DNA of 64,000 nt from the human T2T-CHM13v2.0 reference genome, Homo sapiens (GCF_009914755.1 NC_060938.1); one strand, 5' to 3'; positions 43,297 through 60,214 are shown, numbered from the stretch's first letter. Notes: generated from the sequence alone by a model not told the origin. Made by a program: numbers and translations.

Positions 43297-45135
43297 AGAT
43301 GGAGTCTTGCTCTGTCACCAAGGCACCAAGGCTGGAATGCAGTGGTGTGATCTCGGCTCACTGCAACCTCTCAATTCAAGCCAGTCTCCTGCCTCAGTCA
43401 CCCGAGTAGCTGGAACTACAGGTGTGTGCCACCATGCCTGGCTAAGTTTTGTATTTTTAGTGGAGATGGGGTTTCACCATGTTGGCCAGCCTGGTCTCGA
43501 ACTCCTGAACTCAGGTAACCTGGCTGCCTCGGCCTCCCAAATTGCTGGGATTACAGGTGTGAACCACTGTGCCTGGCAAGAGTTTGGGTCTTTTAAAAAA
43601 ATGACTATTTCGTCTCTTAGCTCTTGTTTCTTTCTAATTGATTCCTTAGATTCTTTGGATGGGCTTTTAACTGTCTCCTGAATCTCAGTAACCTTCATTG
43701 CCATCAAGCTTGTGAATTCTGTCTATTATTTCAGTCTTTTCAGTCTGGTTAACAGCTGTTGCTGGGGAGTTAGTGTGGTCACCTAAAAATAGACACTCTG
43801 TGTTATTGAATTGCCAGTGTAGTTATGCTGGTTCTGGTTCTTTCTCATCTCTGTGAGCTAATCTTCCTTTAATCGTTGAAGTTTGTTTGTTTGTTTGTTT
43901 GTTTGTTTTGCATGGGGCTTTTTACTTGTATACTTTGATGCCGTTGAGGGTTTACTATGCTATAAGTTGCATTTAATTGACTGGCTTCATTTCTGGATGA
44001 TTTCAGGTGGCCAAGGCTCAGCTCAGCTCTCCTGGGATGTGTGCTCTAACACTGGGGGGATTGGGACCTGGCCCACAGCTTTGTTATATGCCCCCTCAAG
44101 ATGAAGTACCTGCTGCACTGACAGGGCCACAGCATTCTCAGTCCACTGGCAACAACAGTCCAATGGGGGATACCAACAAAAGTGCTTCATTGGAGCATTT
44201 GCTGAGGGGTCCATGCTTACGCACATGTGCACCAGCTGCAGCAGGGGTGCAGTGTGGCATGTTATACTCATACTCACCCTGGCAGTGGCAGGTTGTCAGG
44301 GTTTACACACACACATCAGTGGGGCCCATGCAGTTGCAGTGAGGACTCTGCATATGTGCACACTGGCGAAAGAGTGAGTGGAGACTGTGCACAGTGCATG
44401 CCGGCAATGCAGTGAGGGGGGACTGTAAGTAGGTGTGCACTGTTGGAGGTATATTTGCGGAAGCTCTCCAGTGAGAGCAGAGTCGAGTCTGCTGCTATGG
44501 TGATGGCCACTGAGAAGCACCCTCGTTGGGCATGCAAAGCTGCCCTCCAAGAGGGTATGGCCTGGCGGGGACCCCAGGAGAGGCCAGTCGACAGGAGAGC
44601 ATCTAATCACATTGGCATATCCCACGGGCAAGACAGCCCTTCTCTGTGCAGGTCTGACAATCAATAATGACCAAAGTCACTCAGAGGCGTGTGGTAAGCC
44701 TTAGGAAATGGGTGTCCCTGGCTGTGCTTCACCGGAACCATTCTTATGTCAAACTATCTGGGCTCTACACGTACTGGAATCCTGTCTTTGCTACTTCTCC
44801 AAGCAACTCTCCTTGCTAGCTCGAATGTCCATGGGGATTGTGAAGTCTCGTAAAGCTAGGATTCTGGAGCTCTTTGGAAAGAGTAAGCCACTCCATCGTA
44901 TTTAACTCACCCCTTCCTTCACCTCTCAGGGTCAGGAATGAGTCCTTGTGCTCCACAATCCCATGCTGGGTTCCCAGCTTTCTGATCCTTTAGCCCAGTG
45001 TCTCCATCCTCTCTCCTTCCACTCTCAATGCTTTCCTTTTGAAGATCTGCTCAGAGTGTGCTGGTTTTCTTGAGAGTCAGCTCTTTCAGTGGAGGATCTT
45101 CCTGGCTCTGTCTTGCTGGCCATTTTGGCTCTTCT
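43055..45135 (-). mobile_element. Second old primate L1: 5'UTR and ORF1 N-terminus, antisense
   Basis: Minus strand starts GCCAAAATGGCCAGCAAGACA; ORF1-like MKVTEIQETVKSPSKESKES (ORF 43474-43707). Confidence 0.8.
43216..43577 (-). mobile_element. Alu (AluS-type) with a (CA)n-poly(A) compound tail
   Basis: TSD GAGTTTGGGTC at 43205-43215 and 43580-43590; (TG)n at about 43255-43296. Confidence 0.95.
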
Positions 45136-45269
45136 GTCTTTTAGGGTTTCCTTGGTGAGTATCAGGTGTTCATAAATTAAGGATTTATATGTTGGGTTTA
45201 AAAATCAAGATTGTAAATCAAGATATCTTTAGTGTGATGAAAGGAAGTAAATTATAAAATGTATTTAGG

Positions 45270-46100
45270 TTACTATGTTGCTCTTAATAAGTAGTCCAGC
45301 TGCCACATTTTAAAGTGTCTTTTTTTTTCCCCTATGGTTGTTTTAAGGATTTCTTTTTCTCTGTCTCTCTCTGTCTTTCCGGCTCTTGTTTTCTCTCTTT
45401 CTCTCACATCAGATTTATTGTTAAGTGTTAATTCAGTGGTTATTTTTTCCTTGAAATTTACTGTGTTTCTTGAATGGACACATGTATCTTTCATCATTTT
45501 GGAAAGTTTAAACCATTAAGTATTCACATATTTATCTGCTCCATTTATTTTATTCTAGCTCTCTATTTAAATATATCACCTCACACAACTCATTATATGT
45601 GATAACCACTCTTCTACATTTCCATTTTTTCATCTCACTGTATTGAAATGTGCTCATTTGCTTTTCTGATTTAGCTTCCAGTGATCTAGTTCTTTTGCTG
45701 TGTCCAAAATATTATCATACTCATGCTCCTAATGTTTAATTTTAGTCATAATATCATTTATCTTTAAAATTTGTTATTAGTTTCATGTTAAAACTGAAAG
45801 ATTACATTGTATTTTTTTCATTTGGCAGATATTTTCAAATTTACTTCTTAGAACATAATACAAATACATGTTTTTCAATGTGTCTGTAATAATACCAGAA
45901 CAGCAATTTTTGTGACTTTTTTCTGTTATTTTTCCTGCTACTTATTGCAAAATGTGTCCTGTTTCCTTGCATTCTTTATTAGCTTTGAAAGTATGATGCT
46001 TGCTGCTTCTGCCAAAATTACTTGGAAGGATTCCTCAAATCCTGGAATGATGACTTCCTATATAGAATCATTTTCTTTATCTTTACTAGTTATCTCTGTA
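45270..46100 (-). mobile_element. Degraded L1M ORF1-region fragments
   Basis: T-rich; TTTCCCTATGGTTGTTTTAAGGATTTC and TTCATCATTTTGGAAAGTTT resemble antisense old L1. Confidence 0.55.
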
Positions 46101-46467
46101 GATTACTTTAAGAACGATATAAATTAAATTAGTAGCTTCCTGCTGTGACAGCCAGCCTGTGGACTATACTTCAAAATCACAACTTTTCCCATTTCTACTA
46201 TTTAACCTGGTTTATTCATTTTCAGGACAGCAATCCACACATTTTTCTGGAAGTGGAGGGACAAGGGTCAGTAATCGTTTGCTTTAAACATACTCTGGTA
46301 TTTCAGGCCTTTAAAACAATAGCACAGGTTTTAGGAAGTGGATTTCCAAGAAAACTTCCCATTTTTGCCTGACATTTCTACTACTGCCTTCTCACTTATC
46401 CACCATTGAGTTTCTTCTGGATCAAACAACCTTCTCGAAAAATATCAGATACTTTAGCCCTAATTAA

Positions 46468-46779
<312 letters not shown>

Positions 46780-48479
46780 TAAGAAGATTTTATAAAATAT
46801 TTATATATCTATTAATATTATTTGCCTTTACCTGACAGAAGTAGATATGCATCATTTTTTGATGCAAGTGGAGACTTAATAATTGAGAAAAATAATATAA
46901 TCTATAAGCCTTTAGTAAAGATTAAACCAAAAAATCAAGAGTTTGATCACCTCTGTAGATAAAGGAAATAAATTGATAAAGTTCAAAATTTGTGCTACAT
47001 TTGAAGGAAGTAATTTGAAATCATTTATCTTATAAAGGCTTTAGAATCCAAGAATTAAAAATACTCACTTTTTTCCATTTTAGGTATTCACATCAAAAAT
47101 CTATTACCTAACATATAAAACTATCAAGTATGTTGATTATGTTTTTAGTATAGTGGTATTGTTTATCCTGATTTAATCTTGAAGATTAACAATAAAAATA
47201 ATGTTAACTTCAGTTAACTGTTCAGGCAAATTATTTTCTTTTTTGATAAAATGTATTTGTGTTGCTACACACAGACATGGAGCTGCAGATTTTCTCATTC
47301 AAGTTATTAAAATGTCAACCACCTTTGTAATGCTAGTAGTCACTGCCAAATCAATTTTCATTATATCGGGAGGAAAATACAAATCTTCTTAAAAACTGAT
47401 ATAACTGAAACTGTATGTACATTGTATTATATCACAAAATACATGTAAGTATAATGAAGAAAAATTTGTTAAGAAAGTTTACCAAAGCATTCTAGTTAAG
47501 ATTACATTTAGGTGGGCAAGAAATTTTTCATTTCCAAAAAATTACAAAACAATGGTAAATTGAGTTGGTATTTCACAATATTTGAATTGCAATAGTATGA
47601 AGTGTGTAGCTAAATGCATGCTATTTATGAGGCAATAGTTATGACAAAGGCATAGTAACATAATTGATTTCCCTTTGCATTCTGAGTTTGAGAATAATTA
47701 GGTAAATGACATATAAATGAACAAGAAATAATTCCATTGATCTTATTAGGCATTATTATTAAACTATACCAGTGTACTTAATGGAAAAAAATGTACATAT
47801 CACTATAAATTGTTCTCTCTGCTAACATATAATATTTTAAATTTTGAAAATAGAAAGTTAATGTTATTAATCATTTTATTAAATAAAGAAAAGATAGATC
47901 AACCCTAATTATAATAATTACTTCATGATATGTTTGGATAAACATGTTTATTAAAACAGAATTCTATATTTGAAAGATACTATACAACATTTTATTTACA
48001 TATTTTAATTGAAGTCTACTGAAAATACACCAGAAAACCTAACAGATACACTTAACATAAGGGAAACATTATCCTACACTGCTTCACTTTTTCAAAGATG
48101 TTATTCCTCCTAGTTAATGACTTACTCTAAAAAGAGTATTAGAAGTAGCTGAAAAGAAAGGCTATGTTTAAATATGTGAAGAGGGCAAGTTTGAACATTT
48201 AATATTTATTGCCCACCTCTTAGCTTTGTTATGCTCTCAAGTGACTCTTAAGAGAATTTCACACTTCGACAATATTCAGAGAATATGAGACATGACATTG
48301 TTAAATACCATCAACATGCCTGCTGCTCCATTTTGAAATGTTCCTGAATTCAAAATACCCTAAAATAATTCAGAATATCTTGCTTCTGATGTCAGGATTT
48401 ACTCTGAACAGAAATATTTTGAATGAAGAAACACAAATATGTAATGAGGTATAATAGTACCCCTCACTAATTATTAAAG

Positions 48480-50540
48480 AAAGACTACCCGAAGACTAGA
48501 TTTATCTTCTTGCTTGAAAAACAAAATCAAGGAAACACCCACAGAAATACAATACTCTGGATATGAGGGAATGAATTAATTCCCGAAAGACAGAAAACAA
48601 AGGAGTTAAACCCTGCTACTGCCCTAATTTAGTGGCTAGAGTTTCCAGCAGTGGGGCAGAGAAAGTGGGCTCCTAGAGTTGTACAAAGCCAAGAAATCCA
48701 GGAGACTAAGGTAACTAGAGTTTCTAGGTCTGAGAAGCTAGAGATTCAAAGAGAGAAATCTCTGATATCTACAGATGTTCTCCTTTCAGTGCTTAGCAGA
48801 ATACTGATTAGTGTATATATGTGAGTAATCTGCTCACTGCCAGGGAAACAAGCATCTTCAAAGATTAAAAACAAACAAACAATAACAACAACAAAAACAA
48901 GTGCCTGACATTCACATATGACCTGGATTATACCTGTATTTGCCAGCCAAATGAAAGAAAAAAGCTAAATTCACAGTGCATTTGGTAAAGCAATTTAAAA
49001 GGTCTTGCCTCAGGGGTAGAAATTAATTACATTTAAACTGAGTACTGAGTTGAACGCAACAAAAAATCATAAAAGAAGTATCTAAAAGGATCAAGCGGTT
49101 TTAAACAAATTAACTGTGTCCTAGAGAAAAAGCTCATATTTTGTACAGAAATACAAAATATCCAGCACTCACAAAGATAACATTAACAAAAACTTCCATT
49201 ATATTAAACTGTAGTTACGTTAAAATTTCTTTAACAGATTCACAGAGACTGGCAGCACAAAGTTTTGTAAGGATTTAGAGCTATTGGAACTCTCATACCT
49301 TGATGGTAGAAATGTAAAATGTTTTAAAAACTTCTGAAAACTCTTTGGAAATGTCTTGTTTTCTCATAATGTTAAGCATACACCTATACTATGACAAAGA
49401 ATTCCATTATAAGGTGTTTACAGGCCCTCGATCAGAAAAAACATAACCAAAACATAAGTTGTATAAACATGTATATGGAAACTTTATTTAAGATAGTCAA
49501 AAATTTGAAAAATTCTAAATGTCTATCAAAGAAAAGCGGATAAACATTGTGTGACATAATCACACAAGAGAGATTACCTTTCACCAATTAACAATTAATG
49601 AGCTTTTGATACGCACAATGACACAATTAATCTCAAACACATGTTGAACCAAAAGATGCCAGGCAGAAATTAGTGCACACTGTTTTAATTCCAAAAACAG
49701 ATACAACTACGGTGCAGATATGAGAAAAGTGATTGCTTCATTAATGAGAGGTATTAACTAGAAAGAGATATTAGGAAAATTTATTGGGTCATATTTGTGC
49801 ACTTGAATGAAAGCAGAATTTATTTTTGTAAAAATATAGATGTCAGCAGATATTCAACTACTATACATGTACTGTCACTTGTAACCTACCAAAGAAAAAT
49901 ATGTTTAAAAATACTTTTACAAAATGACAATTTAAATTAAATAAATTTTCAACTATTTGAAAACCAATTTGGCTGTTTTCTATAAAATTAATTATTCATC
50001 CACCCAACTTCCCTATAATCAAGTCACTCCTAAGCACTTATTCAAAAGGAGTAAAAACTCTTCTCCACAGAAAGACTTGAATAAGAATTGTAATAATGAA
50101 TTAACTTTCAATTACCCCAAAATAATAAAGCTGATGTGTTCAACAACAAATAGAAAAAAATCTGGTATATTCACACAAGAAAATACCACCTACCTATTGA
50201 AAGAGACCAACTATTTATATATGCAACAGCATTTATGGATATCAAAAACATTATTTTAACTAATCTGTACACAAAAGTACATGTTGTATGGTTCCATTCA
50301 TATGGATTTCTGGAAGACAAAAACTATTCTATTGTAAATAGAATAGTTGTAGTCTTGGGAATGGAGATGGAGTTAAATGAGAAAGAACATGAGTGGACTT
50401 TGTGGTATGATGGTTACTACAACATAATAGTAAACATTACTATATTTTAATTATATATGTATATGCATTTGTCAAAACTTATAAATATTACTTAAATTTG
50501 TTCACCCTATTTTATGTAAATTTTATATAAAAATAAACAA
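48480..50540 (+). mobile_element. Ancient L1M (L1MC/L1ME-like) fragments, including two 3' ends
   Basis: GGAACTCTCATACCTTGATGGTAGAAATGTAAAATG, ATATGCAACAGCATTTATGGATATCAAAAACATTAT, TGCATTTGTCAAAACTTATA. Confidence 0.7.
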
Positions 50541-52077
50541 AACAGAAAAAAATCCTAGTCTTTTTAGGAGTATGATCAAAGTTAATCACAGATTGTTTAT
50601 ATGTGAATGAACACACAAAAAATATGTATGCACTTACCTCTCCAAAATGTTGAAGTGTCCGCTTGTAAAAGATACCATTAGTATTTATTCATTTAACATA
50701 TTCATATGATTCAAACATTTAAATATTTAAAACAAATATTACCAACACTTTTAGTAAATTGGAAAGTTTAAGTCAATATCGAATTGAGAGTTTTTTTCTC
50801 ATTTGGTTGATTCATTAATTATAATCAGCAAAAAAAATTTGCATATGTTACGTTTGGTTATACAGATACATTTGTGACATATAATTGCAGTATTGGGCAA
50901 TGACTGATAAAGTTGTATTTTATCAAAACAGCTTTCTGAGTATGTGATACTGTGATATATAAGTAAAAAAAAATGCTAATTCATGATATTCTGTCCCTGG
51001 AAGAATATGGACAGAGGTTTACATTTAACATCAATGTCAATAATAGAGTCAGAATTGATATCAAACTTGAGAAATATTTTTGCCAAAAGTAGGTCTTTCA
51101 TAATTAATATGAATTGATTTCTGCCAAACTATCATATTTAGCCATGTGGTCAGTAATATAATGTAAATTATATGTAGATATATATTTTTAAAGTTGAGGA
51201 CAACTAAATAAAACATGTAAATTATTTTAATTACTTGACAATCTATTATATACAAAGTATTTAAGTATATTTTAAACATATTCAATTTAACTAATTTTTT
51301 GAGTGATTTGGGCAAAATTCTGTTTTAGTTCATTTATAGACATGCTTATATTTGAGTTACTGAAAATACAAACATTTAAGTAGTCTACTCTTAGCATATT
51401 AATATGTCCTGTATTCATTACAACATTAATTGCATTAAATTCAACTACTATGAATAAATAATCTATCACATATACATTTTAAAGGTAGAAGCATTTCAGT
51501 TTTATACAAGGATGTCTTTTTGAGCTGACACAGGTTTCCAAGATTTGAGACAATATCAGAAGATTTATTAAAATTGATATGAGACAGCAACTGCCCACAT
51601 CTCCCCACATCACTTTGCTGGCATATATCTGCATGGGTGGGCTTTACTTGCTTCAACAGCACATGGGAATGCAGTGTGACCCCCCATAAGCCCCACCAAC
51701 CACCACTGCAGATGGATCCTTGTTGGGCACAGAGTCATCAAGCCCCATCTACACCAGTGCCCTGCCCTTGTGCTGTGCTGCACACAGAGCAGGGGATCCC
51801 CCCACAACCTGAGCAATTGCTCCTGCTTGCAGACCACAGATAAGGCTCCAAGACCTCCACTGGCCAGCACCCCACCCCAAGCCATCACCACCTACAGTGC
51901 AGCAGTGCACTCTGTCTCCAGCAGAAGGCCCTTGCTCCCCCAACAGCTGCCTTGCCTCCAATACTGTGGTGAACACCTGCAGAGAGGCAGACACCCCTAT
52001 ATCCACTAATACTTTGCTGCAGGTACTGCAGTTTGCTATCCCCAGCACAGTGGACTCCAAATCTCGAGGAGCCACAG

Positions 52078-53192
52078 TGTAAGAGATCGATCAGGTTGTT
52101 GTGGGAATCAGGAGACTGGAGAGATTGGTAGGTGAAACAGAAGGATTTTTATTGAGTGCACTCAGAACCAGCAGATTAATATCCAAAGACTGGACCCTGA
52201 ACAAAGACAGCACTTGCCTTTTATGCACACTTCTAAAAGGGGGTGGTCTAACTTGAAACAAGCTTACAGTGGTGCAAAGTATAATGATTCAAAAGCAAGG
52301 ATACAGAAGAAGAACAAAGGCAGTCAATCATACTACGACAAGTTCACAACTCAGGCTTACATATGACTCTTGCTATGCAGCCCAGATAGCTGTTATCTAG
52401 GCTTGTTCCAGTGCTTTGCATGGGCTTATCTCATAACCTTTGCTATGGCATCTAGGGGACTGCAATCCAGGCCTGCTCAGGTGTCTCATGATCTTCACTG
52501 TGCTGCTTAGATGAATAACAGAAGCAAAAGAGAAAGGAAAATTTGTTTTTCTTCTCCCTATGTTGAGGGAGCCCTGGGAGACTCTCCAGAGCACATTCTT
52601 TGAGCCCTAGCTTCTTAGATAATGCTATTGAGACTTTGCCTGGGTCTGGGCTTTGCCTGTTACTGCCTTTGGGATGAGTCAGCCTAATACAGAAAGATTG
52701 TTTCTTTCTCTTTTTAATTTTACTTTTCTTTCTTTAATTTCCAGCCTCAAGGGTGATGGGAGAAGATGTAAGAAAAATTATAGGGAAAGATGCAAACCTT
52801 TTTGGAAGGCCAAAAACTTTGGAGAATAATTTAGCTGAAGGCAGCTAAATTCTCTTAAGGGCAAAGGTTAGATAACAAGGGAATGTAAAGAAACATATCT
52901 AGAAAAATTGGTTTACTTATGTCTCAGGAAACCAACCTCTGATCATTCATGTGCAAGACTGCTCTCTACTCAGGGGTCAACAATGTTAATTTCCCACAAA
53001 TTATGTTTGCTCCAGGCCTTTGTCTTCAAATCTGTACTAAATTAATACAAAGTTTTCTGGCTTAGTGGGACTGTACTCTCATTGGCGATGCTAAGCAGTG
53101 CAGTCCCCTAGCTGCATTCTCAGGCAAAATAACTGTGTCTGAATACTTTTTTCATTTGTCGCTCAGCCAGAGTGTGCAGGATGGACCCAACA
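52078..53192 (+). mobile_element. LTR22-like (HERV-K22/HML-5) solo LTR split by a nested LTR
   Basis: TGTAAGAGATCGATCAGG joins to GTGATGGGAG...AAAAATTATAGGGAAAGATGCAAACCTT; ends GGACCCAACA; degenerate 6-bp TSD CCACAG/CAAGAG. Confidence 0.72.
52097..52749 (-). mobile_element. ERV1-class solo LTR nested in LTR22 (family not assigned)
   Basis: TG...CA termini (minus strand TGAGGCTGGAAATTAAAG...CCCACAACA); minus-strand AATAAA near the 3' end; 4-bp TSD AGGT/AGGG. Confidence 0.75.
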
Positions 53193-53788
53193 CAAGAGAA
53201 CAAAGCTGGGGCCTAATACAAGTCCCCCAGAGTTAGAGCACACAGTCCAGAAGTTGGGAGCTGAGTGTTGTGCCATAAAATCTCCCAGAAATGAAGCCAG
53301 TCAGCTGAATCTACCTTATAACACAAACAAATCTTCGACATCATCAAATAGGATGAAAGAAAACAAAATACCGTCCAAAGGTAAGCAATCTCAAAGACTG
53401 AAGTTAGATAAGTGCACAAAGATGAGAAAGAATCAGTGCAAGAATACTGAAAACTCAAAAAGCCAGAGTAACTTCCTACCTCCACATAACTGCGTCACCT
53501 CTCCAGCCAGGGTTCAGAACAGGGCTGAGGCTGCAATGGCAGAAATAGCATTCAGAATATAAACAGTAATGAAATTCATAGAGCTATAGGAGTATGTTGT
53601 AAGCCAATACAACAGAGCTAAAAATCACAATAAAACATTGCATGACCTGGCAGACAAAATGCCAGTATAGAGAACATAACTAACCTGATAGAGCTGAAAA
53701 ACACTACAAGAATTTCACAATGCAATCATAAGTATTAACAGCAGAATAGACCATGTGGAGGAAACAATCTAAGAGCTTAAAGAATGGC

Positions 53789-54243
<455 letters not shown>

Positions 54244-54447
54244 TTAGCAAAAGTTGACTTTTGATATTTTTGATCTCATGGATCAAAATATCATCCATGA
54301 GAACTTCCCTAACCTAGATAGAGAGGTCAACATTCAAATTCAAGAAATACAGAGAACTTCAGTAAGATACTCCACAAAAAGATCATCTTGAAGACAAATA
54401 ATCATCAGTTTCCAAGGTCAAAACAATAGAAAAAATGTTAAAGACAG

Positions 54448-55920
54448 TGTATTAGTCTGTTTTCACACTGCTGATAAAGACATACCTGAGATTGGGTAAA
54501 TTATAAAGAAAAAGAGGTTTAATGAACTCACAGTTCCACATGACTGGGGAGACCTCACAATCATAGTGGAAGGCAAAAGTCATGTCTTACATGGCAAAAG
54601 GCAAGAGAGAGAATGGGAACCAAGCAAAAGCAGAAACCCCTTATAAAACCATCAGGTCGTGTGAGACTTACTGACTACCACAAGGACAGTATAGGGGAAA
54701 CTGCCTCCATGATTCAATTATGTCCCACTAGGTCCTTCCATAACACATGACAATTATGGGAGCTACAATTCAAGATGAGATTTGGGTGGGGACACAGAGC
54801 CAACCCATATTATTTTGCCTGTGTCCCCTCTAAATGTTGTGTCCTCAAGTTTCAAAACCAATCATACCTTCCCAACAGTTCCTCAAGTCTTAATTCATTT
54901 CAGCATTAACTCAGAAGTCCACAGTCCAAAGTCTCATCTGAGACAAGTCCCTTCCACCTATAAGCCTGTAAAATCAAAAGAAAGTTAGTTACTTTCTTGA
55001 TACTCTGGGGGTACAGGCATTGGGTAACTATACCCATTCCAAACAGGACAAATTGGCCAAAACAAAGGGGTTACAGGCCCCATGCAAGTCCAAACTCCAG
55101 CAAGGCAGTTGAATCTTAACGCTTCAAAATGATCTCCTTTGACTCCATGTCTAACATCCAGGTCATGCTGATGCAAGACGTGGGCTCCCATGGCCTTGGG
55201 CAGCTCTGCCCCTGTGGCTTTGAAAGGTACGGTTCCCACCTAGCTGCTTTCACAGGCTGGTGTTGAGCATCTGAGGTTTTTTTTAGGTGCATATGCAAGC
55301 TGTGAGTGGATTTACCATTCTGGGGTCTTGAAGATGGTGGTCCTCTTCTCACACAGGCAGCGCCTCAGTGGGGACTCTGTGTGGGGCTCCAACCCCACAT
55401 TTCCCTTCCCCACTTCCTTAGCAGAGGCTCTCCATGATCACCCCCTCTCCCCCACAGTAAACTTCTTCCTGGACATCCAGGCATTTCCATACATCCTCTG
55501 AAATCTAGGCTGAGGCTCCCAAGCCTTGCTTCTTGACTTCTGTGCACATGCAGGCTCAACTCCACATGGATGCTGCCAAGGCTTGGGGCTTGCAACCTCT
55601 GACACCATGGCCCAAGCTGCACCTTGGTCCCTTTTAGTCACAGCTGGAGTGGCTGGGATGTAGAGCACCAAGTCCCTAGACTGCACACAGAGAGGGGCCC
55701 TGGGCCTGTCCCCAGAGAACATTTTTTCCTCCTAGGCCTCTGGGTCTGTGATGGGAGGGGCTGCTGTGAAGACCTAGGACATGGCCTAGAGACATTTTTC
55801 CCATTGTCTTCATGATTAGGATTTGGCTTCTTGTTACTTATGCACATTTCTGCAGCTGGCTTGAATTTCTTCTCAGAAAATGTTTTGTTTTTTTTTCTAT
55901 TGCATTGTCAGACTGCAAAT
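54448..55920 (-). mobile_element. THE1 (B-like) MaLR: 3' LTR (54448-54812) plus truncated internal sequence
   Basis: TGTATTAGTC...CCAACCCATATTA LTR followed by antisense THE1-int; breaks off at an AT-rich tract. Confidence 0.9.
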
Positions 55921-56711
55921 TATATAAATATATATATAATTTAAATAATATGAGCCAATAAATACATAACTAATATTTAAATTATTAAAGATAAATATTA
56001 ATTATAACTATTTTATCAAAATTGTAAATATGGAAATGTATATAACATACAATTATTGATAAATAAGTTGGGGGTTTTACTTGTGATTTTCTCAAAACCT
56101 GAATAAAAATATCCTTTCTTTTTTGAGTCCTGTATTTTCTTCAGTTTGAACAAATATTGGAATTATTAACTCTGCACCAAAGCTAAATAACTGATTAAGG
56201 ACACATGATGAACCTATTTGCATAAATGTGTAAATGTTATTTTTAAAAGCAGTGAAAAGTTAATGAAGATATTTAATTAAACTGAAGAGTCCACTTACTA
56301 GATAATTCAATGTCATTAATTAGGTGACTCATAAAGCAGAGGCTTTCCATTTTTCGAGAGTGGCTAGAAAAAAAAGCTATGTTTACAACATGACTCTACT
56401 AAGAAACCTGAATATTATTTCATTACTTCTTATCAAGCTAATATGAGAAAGGAAGCAATAAGATAAAAATAAATGACAGTCACTTCTTGGACTGGAAGCA
56501 AAGAAGTTTAACAAAAGAAAAAAAGCATTCTTCCCCACTTTCTTAAAAATTGAGACCACATTTTAAAATAATTTTGCTTGAGGTCTAATTAAAAATATTA
56601 TAGTTTCTATTTTCTGGAAGATTATAGTTTTTCAAAACTGCAACCAGTAGGCAGATAAATAAATATAAATTACGATAAACATAATGTAGATGTATCTTTA
56701 CAGAAAACTTT

Positions 56712-57028
56712 AGATCAAATGTTAGCTTTTTCTACAAAGCGTCAGATTTTAAGTATGTTAGGCTTTGACAATCATACAGTTTTTGTTGCAACCACTCAAC
56801 TCTGACATAATAGCCTGAAAACATCTATAGACCACATGTAAGTGAATGATCTTGTGTCCAAAAAAAAAACCTTGTTATTTATGAAAACACTGCAGTTTTT
56901 ACTTTATGCAATCGTTATATGCTACAAAATGTTATTTTAAAAAATTGTTTCAATCATTTAAATCTCTAAAAACCATTATTACCTTGCAGGCTGTACCAAA
57001 ACCATAGGCCACAGGCTGCCAATGCTCA
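56712..57028. mobile_element. MER58B-like hAT-Charlie element
   Basis: TTAGGCTTTG...TGTTGCAACCACTCAACTCTG...CATTTAAA...AAAAACCATT...GCAGGCTGTAC. Confidence 0.72.
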
Positions 57029-57497
57029 CACTGAAGAAACAAAATTGTGATATCAGTGCAGCCTTCACACAGAAAATAGAGTTTGAAACTAGAATATCAA
57101 CTACAACTGGAGAGTTAAATGAAAAGTCTTATTAGTTAGTTGGAGTGGGTTTTGCAAGACACTGGTGAGAAGTACAGAATTTGGGGTAATTGCAGTAATT
57201 ACGTGGGCTTAAATATTTATGTGTGGGTAGAAGAGGGAGATGTCAAGCGATGAGAGTAGAGATGAGTTTAGGATAAATTACAAATGTCTTCAGACCATCC
57301 AAAGTGTTTATAATTTATTCTAATGGAAGTGACAAGACATTAATGAGATCTAAAATAGGGACTACAAGAAACAGATTACAATAGATAAACAAGACTGTAG
57401 GCAGAGAGCTTCTTAATTCCACAGTTCATTGGCAAGTCCAAGAAGAAACTTAAGGTGACCTGAACTATAGTAATGACAGAGGATTCACTTATAAGTA

Positions 57498-59838
<2,341 letters not shown>

Positions 59839-59915
59839 TATATTATTTTTATTTACCACTGAATGGCAATATTAAATATGTTACAAGAATGGTTTGGATA
59901 TTAAATCCTTATTAT

Positions 59916-60214
59916 TCTTGTTATTGTTATTGAGACAGAGTCTTGCTCTGTCGTCCAAGCTGGAGTGAAATGGCACTATCATCTCGGCTCACTGCAACCT
60001 TCGCCTCCCGGGTTCAAGTGATTCTCCCGCCTCAGCCTCCTGAGTAGCTGGGACTACAGGCGCACTTTACCATGCCTGGCTAATTTTTGCGTTTTTAGTA
60101 GAGATGGGATTTCCCTCACCACGTTGGCCAGGCTGGTCTCAAACTCCTGAAGTCAGTTGATCCACCCGCCTTGGCCTCCCAAAGTGTTGTGATTACAAGT
60201 GACCACTCCCAGCC
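59916..60214 (-). mobile_element. Alu (AluS-type)
   Basis: Antisense Alu; TSD TTAA(A/T)TCCTTATTAT at 59901-59915 and 60215-60229. Confidence 0.95.

Noticed and set aside
47200-47400. Repeat-free segment with small inverted repeat GTTAACT-TC-AGTTAAC and a 63-aa ORF
   Set aside because: Short IR expected by chance; no homology recognised; conservation cannot be assessed from the sequence alone
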